A stretch of 64,000 bases of DNA from Chloroflexota bacterium (lineage in GTDB: Bacteria; Chloroflexota; Anaerolineae; Aggregatilineales; J027), in contig JABFGB010000013.1 of assembly GCA_013112715.1 (NCBI GenBank), positions 74,599 through 138,598 on the forward strand, given 5' to 3'. Shown here one piece after another: positions 57,088 to 64,000 of this stretch. The notes below the pieces were generated by a model. The model saw nothing but the letters and a program-made list of their open reading frames with translations, did no database searches and was not told the DNA's origin. The position numbers were made by a program, and so were the translations under genes. Position 1 is the stretch's first letter. Every line of letters begins with the position of its first letter.

Positions 57088-57294
57088 CTAAATAATGGTA
57101 AAAAGAATGCCAAACAAGCAGCAGGCAAGCGTCGAAAACCCAATGAGACCTATGATAAAACTAACCAATAGGGGCAGGGCAGAAAAATAAGCGACGATCT
57201 CAGCAAACCACTGCGGGACTTCTGCCTCATCTGCCAATTGGGATGGTGCTCCCACCGGGCCAGTTTCATCATCAATACGCTGTGGTAAACCCAT
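57088..57294 (-). CDS. Small hypothetical tail-anchored membrane protein
   Basis: 68 aa. The N-terminal half is hydrophilic and acidic, followed by a double hydrophobic stretch ALPLLVSFIIGLIGFSTLACCLFGILFTII. It fits the gap between ltaE and the C-N hydrolase gene on the same strand. Confidence 0.3.
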   Translation of the reverse strand: MGLPQRIDDETGPVGAPSQLADEAEVPQWFAEIVAYFSALPLLVSFIIGLIGFSTLACCLFGILFTII

Positions 57295-57314
57295 GCCCTA
57301 CCCCCATCAAAAAA

Positions 57315-58220
57315 CTAATAACGTTTCACAATCGCCCGATACGTCAAAGGCTGACGGGTCTGAATGTGTTGGAACTCCTCGCGGAATTTGCGCACTTCAT
57401 CAAGGTCAATGCGGGCAACGGCGTAGCCTTCGGATGGTTCGGTCTTGGCTGGAGCAGCCGGGGGAGCAGTTGGAGTTTCTGCTGCGCCTTCACCCGCAGG
57501 TTTCTCGGCTTTTTCAGCCGCTTTCTTTTCCAATGTAAGGGCTGCATGAACCTTGCCGCGTGGGCCAACAATCATGCTCTCACCGCCATAATTCACCGTC
57601 ACATCTTCGCCAACGCGATTGGAGGATGCCACAAACACAGCATTTTCGAGTGCGCGGGCTTTGACGTAGATCTTGTATTCGTCAATCTGGCTGGTTTCCC
57701 AGTTGGACATCACACACAGCAGTTCCGCACCCTCAAGGGCCAATGAACGGGCTGCTTCGGGAAAAGCCAAATCCCATCCCAGTAGCAGGCCGATGTTGCC
57801 GATCTCTGTTTCAATGACGGGATATTTAAACCCTTCGCGGAAGGCCATACGCTCTTCACCACGCAGATGGACTTTGTTATAGTTGCCAAGCAATTCGCCA
57901 TCTGGCCCGACCAATACGGCAGAGTTGAAGATCACACTTTCGACACGCTCTTTGGTGCAAAGCCCGAAAGCGATATAGACCCCATATTCGGCGGCGCGTT
58001 GGGCCATCAGATTCACCGAGGGGCCGGGAATACGTTGGGCGACTTCGGTAAATCGCACACCCAATTCATTGCCGCTGGTGGCGAGTTCGGGAAAAATAAT
58101 GAGATCAACTTTTTGCTGAGAGGCAATCTTGGATACAAAATCCGACATCTTCACAAGATTATCTTCAGGTTCACCCATCTTGGGTTTGAACTGAACGGTG
58201 GCTATCGTAATTTCGCGCAT
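57315..58220 (-). CDS. Carbon-nitrogen hydrolase (nitrilase superfamily) homologue lacking the catalytic cysteine
   Basis: 301 aa. The Glu motif is LIIFPELATSG and the Lys motif is YNKVHL. The Cys motif position reads IGLLLGWDLAFPE, where Gly148 (codon GGA at 57777-57779) replaces the usual C in L(I/L)CYD/CWD. A low-complexity insert AAEKAEKPAGEGAAETPTAPPAAPAKTEPSEG precedes the last conserved segment. Confidence 0.75.
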   Translation of the reverse strand: MREITIATVQFKPKMGEPEDNLVKMSDFVSKIASQQKVDLIIFPELATSGNELGVRFTEVAQRIPGPSVNLMAQRAAEYGVYIAFGLCTKERVESVIFNSAVLVGPDGELLGNYNKVHLRGEERMAFREGFKYPVIETEIGNIGLLLGWDLAFPEAARSLALEGAELLCVMSNWETSQIDEYKIYVKARALENAVFVASSNRVGEDVTVNYGGESMIVGPRGKVHAALTLEKKAAEKAEKPAGEGAAETPTAPPAAPAKTEPSEGYAVARIDLDEVRKFREEFQHIQTRQPLTYRAIVKRY

Positions 58221-58359
58221 GGGAACTCCTGCGTATTAAGGTATCCTCTGAGGATTTCGAGTGCGAACGGCTGTTCAAAGGGGCTATTTTAGGCTATGCT
58301 GGGCTAACCGTCAAGCAATTTGGCCTCCCAAGATTCAGGGATTCATATTTTCTACTCTA

Positions 58360-58368
58360 TGATAAAAT
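58360..58368 (+). promoter_or_regulatory. Extended -10-like element upstream of the second kinase operon
   Basis: TGATAAAAT is identical to the element proposed upstream of rpsB (37396-37404) and lies 43 nt before the ATG at 58411. No convincing -35 is present. Confidence 0.25.
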
Positions 58369-58410
58369 CTAATCACCTAATTAAGGTTAAGAATAAATAA
58401 TGGTCATCCT

Positions 58411-61092
58411 ATGATCCGAAATTTTATTGTCGAAAATATTGAAGACGCAATTATTGTCTTCGATTCTGAAAACTATGTGCTTGATCTGAATCCGGCTATG
58501 GAAGCGCTTTTAGGCGTTTCACAAGACTTGGCTGGCCGCCCTTTCATTGAAGTTGCCCCTCAAGTCGCCAAGCTGCTTGAACCTTATCTTTTGCTGGATG
58601 ATGCACACGGAGAATTAATTTTACCTGTCACAGACAGCAAGCAGCGCCATTTTGAACTACGAGTATTGCAGGTTAAGGGAGAAGATACCCAACCTCTCGG
58701 ACGATTATTCATTTTACATGAGATCACGAAACGGCGGGATGCCGAAGAACGCCTGCGACAAAGTGAGGCCATGCAGCGAGCATTAGTTGAGGTTGCTGCC
58801 GACGCTATCATTAGCATTGATTCTACAGGGCATATATTAGCCTTTAATGCAGCGGCCTCGCGCATTTTTGGATATGCAGCCGAAGAAGTCATCGGGGAAA
58901 ACGTCAAAATCCTGATTCCTGAACCTAATAAGTCTCGCCATGATGACTATCTGCGGCGACGGATCAGTACGGGTGAGACCAAAGTGATTGGCGTTTTGCG
59001 CGAAGAATATGGACAGCGGCGGGATGGCTCGGTTTTCCCCATTTATCTCGCCATAAACGAAGTCAATGTAGATGGCAAACTCATTTATACGGGTATGGTG
59101 CGGGATGTAACCGAAAACAAGCGTATCGAACGCGAACGGGATCGCCTGTTTGAACAGACCCAGACCGCGCTTTCTGAGACTCAGGCCTATGCTCAACGGT
59201 TGGATCTGCTCAATGAAATGAGCCAACAAGTCAACATGGCCTCCGCTGAGCAAGATATTTTTCGGATTGGCACAAAATATATTACCCAAATTTTGACACC
59301 TGACCAGATTACAATTACCCTCACCGCAGCCGACCCGGAATACCTCGAAATTGTAGTTCATGAGGGCGAACCTCAGTTATTTCAAGTAGGGCAGCAAATC
59401 CGCCTCAGTTCCATTAGTGTCCATGAGACCATTCGCCAACATCGTTCAATCATTATTAACCATTTCGCTGGCTCAGAGGGGTCGTATGTCGAAACCGATC
59501 GGCGGCACGGCATTCGATCTGGTATAGTAGCCCCGATGGTAGTCAACCAAAATCTCGTAGGGTTAGTGGGGATTGGCAGCAAAAAAGCCGTCGCCTATGA
59601 TGAGCGCGATGAAAACCTTTTACTACACATCGCGTCGTTCTTGGGTATCGCTATCGAAAATAACCGCCGTAATTTGGAACTTCAACAGGCTATTCAAGCC
59701 GCTGACCAAGCCAATCGTGCCAAGAGTGAATTTTTGGCAACAATGAGTCATGAGCTCCGCACCCCGTTGAATGGGATTTTGGGTTATGTGCAAATCTTGA
59801 GTAAAGACCGCAGCCTCAACACCCATCAGCAGCAGGGCCTGTCTATTATTCAGCATAGCGGTGAACACCTCTTGACCCTAATCAATGATATCCTCGATAT
59901 TTCGAAAATTGAAGCCAAACGCATGGATCTGAGCTTGGCACCATTCAGCCTCACCGATATGTTGGAAAGCATTAGCAGCATTATCCATGTGAGGGCCGAG
60001 CAGAAAAATCTTTCATTTCGTTATGAAGCCTTATCTGAGCTTCCTCCGGCAGTACATGGGGATGAAGTCCGGTTGCGTCAAGTGCTACTCAATTTGCTGG
60101 GTAATGCCGTCAAATTTACCGAACGTGGCGGTGTGTTGCTAAAGGTTGGGTATCACGAGGAAAAAATCCGTTTTCAGGTTGAAGATACCGGAATTGGGAT
60201 TTCGCAAGAAACTTTGCGGGTCATTTTCCAACCCTTCCGTCAGGGAAATAAACAATCGCGGGCAACATTGGTCGAGGGCACTGGTCTTGGCCTTGCCATC
60301 AGTAACCAATTGGTCAATCTCATGGGTGGGCGTTTGCAGGTTAAAAGCCAAGTTGGGGAAGGGAGTACCTTTTGGTTTGAGCTTGTTCTACCGGGTGTCG
60401 AAGATTGGGCTGGGACACCCAAAATTGAAGAGCGCAATGTGGTGGGTTATCGGGGTGTCACGCGCCGTATCATGGTCGTGGATGACCGCTGGGAAAACCG
60501 TTCAGTGCTCACCAATATGCTTGTTCCACTGGGTTTTGATGTCCAAGAGGCGGTGGATGGTGAGGACTGTCTTAAAAAAGTAGCCAGTTTCCATCCCGAT
60601 GCCATCTTGATGGATTTGAGGATGCCTGTTTTGGACGGCCTTGAGACGATTCGTCGTTTACGCGCGATGCCGTCCGGTAAAAATCTAATTATTATTGCAG
60701 TGTCGGCCAGTGCTTTTGAATATAATCGGGGTGAAAGTTATTCCGCCGGAAGCGATGACTTCCTTGCCAAACCATTTCGTTTTGCTAAGTTATTGGATTT
60801 ATTAGCCAATCACTTGCGACTGGAATGGATTTATGAGGATGACATGCAAGTGAGCGAAGCTGAACCAAGCGATGGTGTCATGATTACACCACCAGAAGAA
60901 GATTTGGTACGATTGCTGGATCATGCCAAACGGGGCAACATTCGTGGGCTGACTGAAGAGGCAGATCGGCTGACTTTATTGGGATATAAGGGTTTTGCCG
61001 CTAATCTTCGGATGCTGGCTCGTAATTTTCGATTGAAAGAAATCCGGGATTTTATCCAGCAGCACCGGGAGCAAGGTGATGGACGAGCGTAA
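58411..61092 (+). CDS. Hybrid sensor histidine kinase: PAS-PAS-GAF-HisKA-HATPase_c-REC plus a ~95-aa helical C-terminal extension
   Basis: 893 aa. The PAS regions are IIVFDSENYVLDLNPAMEALLG and AIISIDSTGHILAFNAAASRIFGY. The GAF signature is VAPMVVNQNLVGLVGIG...IASFLGIAIENNRRNLE. The H-box is FLATMSHELRTPLNGI, and GNAVKFTERGG and GTGLGLAIS follow. The receiver has IMVVDD, ILMDLRMP, IIAVSAS and LAKP. Confidence 0.9.
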   Translation: MIRNFIVENIEDAIIVFDSENYVLDLNPAMEALLGVSQDLAGRPFIEVAPQVAKLLEPYLLLDDAHGELILPVTDSKQRHFELRVLQVKGEDTQPLGRLFILHEITKRRDAEERLRQSEAMQRALVEVAADAIISIDSTGHILAFNAAASRIFGYAAEEVIGENVKILIPEPNKSRHDDYLRRRISTGETKVIGVLREEYGQRRDGSVFPIYLAINEVNVDGKLIYTGMVRDVTENKRIERERDRLFEQTQTALSETQAYAQRLDLLNEMSQQVNMASAEQDIFRIGTKYITQILTPDQITITLTAADPEYLEIVVHEGEPQLFQVGQQIRLSSISVHETIRQHRSIIINHFAGSEGSYVETDRRHGIRSGIVAPMVVNQNLVGLVGIGSKKAVAYDERDENLLLHIASFLGIAIENNRRNLELQQAIQAADQANRAKSEFLATMSHELRTPLNGILGYVQILSKDRSLNTHQQQGLSIIQHSGEHLLTLINDILDISKIEAKRMDLSLAPFSLTDMLESISSIIHVRAEQKNLSFRYEALSELPPAVHGDEVRLRQVLLNLLGNAVKFTERGGVLLKVGYHEEKIRFQVEDTGIGISQETLRVIFQPFRQGNKQSRATLVEGTGLGLAISNQLVNLMGGRLQVKSQVGEGSTFWFELVLPGVEDWAGTPKIEERNVVGYRGVTRRIMVVDDRWENRSVLTNMLVPLGFDVQEAVDGEDCLKKVASFHPDAILMDLRMPVLDGLETIRRLRAMPSGKNLIIIAVSASAFEYNRGESYSAGSDDFLAKPFRFAKLLDLLANHLRLEWIYEDDMQVSEAEPSDGVMITPPEEDLVRLLDHAKRGNIRGLTEEADRLTLLGYKGFAANLRMLARNFRLKEIRDFIQQHREQGDGRA

Positions 61093-62215
61093 AGGTGTTA
61101 TTCTGATTGTTGATGATATTCCAACCAATCTCGAAGTGCTGATGCAGTTCCTTGAAGGGGCAGGTTATGAAGTATTAGTGGCGACAGATGGAGAAAGTGC
61201 AATTGAGCAGGTAGAATATGCCCCCCCAGATGTGATTTTACTGGATGTCATGATGCCGGGCATTGATGGATTTGAGACCTGCCGACGCCTAAAGGCCAAT
61301 CCAGTCAGCAGTGATATTCCCGTGATTTTTATGACGGCCCTCTCCGATACTGTAGATAAAGTACGGGGGTTCGAGCTAGGGGCCGAGGATTACATTACCA
61401 AGCCACTCCACCAAGAAGAAGTTGTGGCACGGGTAACAGCCCATTTAACCCTCCACCGTCAAAAGCAGGAAATCCAAGCCCTTCGCCAGCAAGAACGCCT
61501 TTATTATGAGCGGCTTGTCAAAATTAAAGATAATATTCTAAGTACCGCCTCGCATGATCTCAAAAATCCCCTCACTTCGATCCTCATTACTGTTGATATG
61601 ATCCGCCACTATCTGCCTAGAGACCCTGATATTGTTTATAAAAAACTGGATACGCTTCAACAAGAAGCGGATCGCATGTATAACTTGATCGTCCAACTGC
61701 TGGATTTGGCACGTCTTGAATCAGATATTGTGCTGCGTAGACAGGCCCTCTCACTGACAAGTTGGATGGAAGGAAATATCAATTATGTCCATCCGCAGGT
61801 AGATGATAAACAGCTTAACGTCATTGCCCAACTGCCAGAAGAAGATATCACCGTCTATTGGGATAACGAGCGCATGAATCAAGTCCTGCAAAATTTATTG
61901 TCCAATGCAGTGAAATATACGCCAGTCGGGGGCACAGTTGAAGTTTCAGCAGCCGTACACGGTGAAGACATTCATATTCAGGTAAGTGATACCGGACTAG
62001 GGATTCCGGCGGGGGATATTCCAAAGCTGTTTACCAAGTTCTATCGGGTCAATACCCGCCAGCATATGGCGGTATCGGGGAGCGGGCTTGGACTCTCGAT
62101 TGTCAAAGAAATCGTGCATAAACATGGGGGACATGTGTGGGTAGACAGCGAAGAAGGAATCGGCAGCACCTTTGGATTCACGATTCCCGTTGGTGAAGAA
62201 ATATTGAGTGAATAG
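61076..62215 (+). CDS. Response regulator / histidine kinase hybrid (REC-HisKA-HATPase_c)
   Basis: 379 aa (GTG at 61076 or ATG at 61079). It overlaps the upstream kinase stop by 17 nt. The receiver has ILIVDD, ILLDVMMP, FMTALS and ITKP. The H-box is LSTASHDLKNPLTSI, followed by SNAVKYTPVGG and GSGLGLSIVKEIVHKHGG. Confidence 0.9.
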   Translation: MMDERKGVILIVDDIPTNLEVLMQFLEGAGYEVLVATDGESAIEQVEYAPPDVILLDVMMPGIDGFETCRRLKANPVSSDIPVIFMTALSDTVDKVRGFELGAEDYITKPLHQEEVVARVTAHLTLHRQKQEIQALRQQERLYYERLVKIKDNILSTASHDLKNPLTSILITVDMIRHYLPRDPDIVYKKLDTLQQEADRMYNLIVQLLDLARLESDIVLRRQALSLTSWMEGNINYVHPQVDDKQLNVIAQLPEEDITVYWDNERMNQVLQNLLSNAVKYTPVGGTVEVSAAVHGEDIHIQVSDTGLGIPAGDIPKLFTKFYRVNTRQHMAVSGSGLGLSIVKEIVHKHGGHVWVDSEEGIGSTFGFTIPVGEEILSE

Positions 62216-62328
62216 TCAAGACGCCCCATCCAGCAAGAACCATTGTAATAAGCAAAGATGTCGCTACAGCCACTTTGCTCATGAAAGCGCCATAGGGAAT
62301 CCCAAATCCTACATCACGGGGTAATTAT

Positions 62329-63144
62329 TCATCCAAGTTTTTCCGCGATGAAGAAGGCTACCTCCGAAGCGGCCTGTTGAGGTGACTTGGCCCATAGAAT
62401 GGCCCGCGATGAATTAATAATCAGGCCATGCCCCTGACGGTTTAAGCCGACCTTCAATACCTCGTTTAAATCCCCACCTTGACTGCCGACCCCCGGAACC
62501 AAAAACGGCATGTCGCCAACCAATTGACGGGCTTGCGCCAATTCCTGCGGATAGGTCGCGCCCATGACTAACATGCAATTGCCATGCCGATTCCACTCTT
62601 GGGCGACCTTTTGGGCCACGACCTGCCATAGTTTTTGTGATCCGATTTCTAAGTCTTGCAGTTCGCCTGACTGCGGATTGGAGGTACGACACAAAATGAT
62701 GCTGATTTTGTCAGGTCGTTCCAAAAAAGGTTGTAATGCTTCCCCTCCTAGATAGGGATTGAGCGTTACCGCGTCGAAGCCAAGCTCATCAAAAATAGCA
62801 TGGGCATAGGCGGCACTGGTCGAACCAATGTCACCGCGTTTGGCATCACAGATTGTCAAAATATCAGGATGCTCTGAACGCAAATAGCGCATGGTCTCCA
62901 CCAACGCTTGCCAGCCAAGCATTCCTTGTGCTTCGTAAAAGGCCATATTGGGTTTATAGGCGCATGCATAGGGATGGGTTTCTTCGATAATCCAACGATT
63001 GAAGGCAAATTGAGGCAAGGGTTCACGCAAAAAACGGTTGGGTAGGTTTGCCAATTCACTATCCAATCCTACACAAAGTAAACTGCGAGTTGCTTTCACC
63101 CGTGCGACATATTTTTCCATTGCGTTTTCATTTGCTGTATTCAT
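62329..63144 (-). CDS. pyrF: Orotidine 5'-phosphate decarboxylase (type 2, ~270 aa)
   Basis: 271 aa. It has LCVGLDS, ICDAKRGDIGSTSAAYA and FLVPGVGSQGG. Confidence 0.9.
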   Translation of the reverse strand: MNTANENAMEKYVARVKATRSLLCVGLDSELANLPNRFLREPLPQFAFNRWIIEETHPYACAYKPNMAFYEAQGMLGWQALVETMRYLRSEHPDILTICDAKRGDIGSTSAAYAHAIFDELGFDAVTLNPYLGGEALQPFLERPDKISIILCRTSNPQSGELQDLEIGSQKLWQVVAQKVAQEWNRHGNCMLVMGATYPQELAQARQLVGDMPFLVPGVGSQGGDLNEVLKVGLNRQGHGLIINSSRAILWAKSPQQAASEVAFFIAEKLG

Positions 63145-63766
63145 CAGTTTTGCCCCATGTGTATGGATCAGCGTGCCAAGTTTCGACCATTTGCGCCACT
63201 TCTGCCGATACGGTTGGTTTTAGGAACCGCCAAATCGTGTCAAAGTTGGTCAGGGTATGCAATTCGACATTGGCCCTAGCGAAATTTTCCGCCGCCTCCG
63301 CAAAGCCATAACTCACGATAGCGATACAATGTTCCACAATCGCTCCTTCTGTGCGAAGGGCCTCGACTCCACTCAGACTGCTGCCGCCCGTCGTCACCAA
63401 ATCCTCAACCAACACGACACGCAGCCCTGCCACATTGCCCCCTTCGACCCGTTTCTGTTTGCCGTGTTCTTTGGCGGCCTTGCGAACAAACACTGATGGT
63501 TTATTCATAGCATAACCTAATGCCGCGCTGTGTGGAATTCCCGCCGCCTCAATGCCTGCGATCACATCAAGAGGTAAATTTTGCAGATAGCCCTGAAATG
63601 CAGCAATGACTTCCTTCCACTGCGGAGGATGAAAGGGCAAACTCCGATTATCCATGTAGACAGGCGACTGAATCCCGGATTTAAACTGAATCGGCTTATC
63701 GGCGTTTACCCCGATAGCCTCAATCTCCAACAAAATTTGTGCGATGCGCTCCGCTGACATGCTCAT
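63128..63766 (-). CDS. pyrE: Orotate phosphoribosyltransferase
   Basis: 212 aa. The PRPP-binding motif is VVLVEDLVTTGGSSL. It is coupled to pyrF by a 17-nt overlap and abuts the upstream stop. Confidence 0.9.
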   Translation of the reverse strand: MSMSAERIAQILLEIEAIGVNADKPIQFKSGIQSPVYMDNRSLPFHPPQWKEVIAAFQGYLQNLPLDVIAGIEAAGIPHSAALGYAMNKPSVFVRKAAKEHGKQKRVEGGNVAGLRVVLVEDLVTTGGSSLSGVEALRTEGAIVEHCIAIVSYGFAEAAENFARANVELHTLTNFDTIWRFLKPTVSAEVAQMVETWHADPYTWGKTDEYSK

Positions 63767-64000
63767 CTACTTTCTCAAAATAACGGCATAGGCCCATAAC
63801 CCTTGATAGACAAATGCCGACCAATACTGGACTGCTTGAACCCCCAAGTTTCTGAAATCCTGATAACTTTTTGCATCCATCACCCCGCCACAGCCAATCA
63901 CATCCACCGGATAGCCTTGTTCGCGTCGGGCCTCCATGAGATGCCGGGTGGCCTCTAATGCTGCCATGTGTAACCGCCCACCCCCGACCCCGCCTGTCAC
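63767..64000 (-). CDS. pyrD: Dihydroorotate dehydrogenase-like protein, C-terminal fragment (the gene continues beyond the right edge)
   Basis: The last 77 aa include VIGCGGVMDAKSYQDFRNLGVQAVQYWSAFVYQG, which resembles the DHODH C-terminal FMN-binding strand and helix (IIGVGGI....A.E.i.AGAs.vQ.yta). The gene is adjacent to pyrE-pyrF. Confidence 0.6.
   Translation of the reverse strand: MTGGVGGGRLHMAALEATRHLMEARREQGYPVDVIGCGGVMDAKSYQDFRNLGVQAVQYWSAFVYQGLWAYAVILRK

Noticed and set aside
60800-61092. C-terminal tail of the 893-aa hybrid kinase considered as an Hpt domain
   Set aside because: The only His context (LLDHAKRGN) does not match the HxxKG phosphotransfer motif, and the segment is shorter than a four-helix Hpt bundle. 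It is left unassigned.
62216-62328. Convergent intergenic region after the second kinase operon checked for a terminator or sRNA
   Set aside because: It contains only a 7-bp stem (AGCAAAG...CTTTGCT) with a 15-nt loop and no U-tract, which is too weak to annotate.

Overview
This is a gene-dense chromosomal window, about 50% GC by eye. It reads like a Chloroflexota-type genome. That placement is inferred from a Thermus/archaeal-type AsnRS, Pro/Thr-rich linkers, very large multi-GAF kinases and a XisH/XisI pair, and cannot be verified here. Most genes are housekeeping: Liv-type ABC uptake genes (the permease is missing from the ORF track because it runs off the left edge), hom, lipA, asnS, an initiator-type tRNA-Met, rpsB-tsf-pyrH, a partial dcw cluster (ftsL-like, ftsI, mraY, murD), dnaE, ltaE and pyrD-pyrE-pyrF. 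Five things stand out. (1) A ~16.3-kb, translationally coupled eight-gene signalling operon (19761-36065) encodes two single-domain receivers, three GAF proteins with no output domain, a 2468-aa multi-GAF/PAS hybrid histidine kinase, a threonine-synthase-like PLP enzyme fused to a receiver domain, and a REC-HK hybrid. It has no DNA-binding or Hpt component. I rank the ThrC-REC fusion and its operon as the best candidate for an undescribed system. (2) A diverged 37-nt tandem duplication of the start of the downstream DMT transporter gene creates an SD-driven out-of-frame mini-ORF. (3) A 423-aa LAGLIDADG intein sits in the FNK|SH motif of DnaE, with an AT-rich PD-(D/E)XK-like gene just downstream of dnaE. 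(4) Small accessory insertions include a XisH/XisI pair and a tandem 2-TM SLATT/DUF4231-like protein. (5) Several fusions or degenerate enzymes are present: a Liv binding protein fused to FAS1, a nitrilase-superfamily protein lacking the catalytic Cys, and degenerate CPBP and gluzincin motifs. No CRISPR array, rRNA, transposase or integrase was seen.
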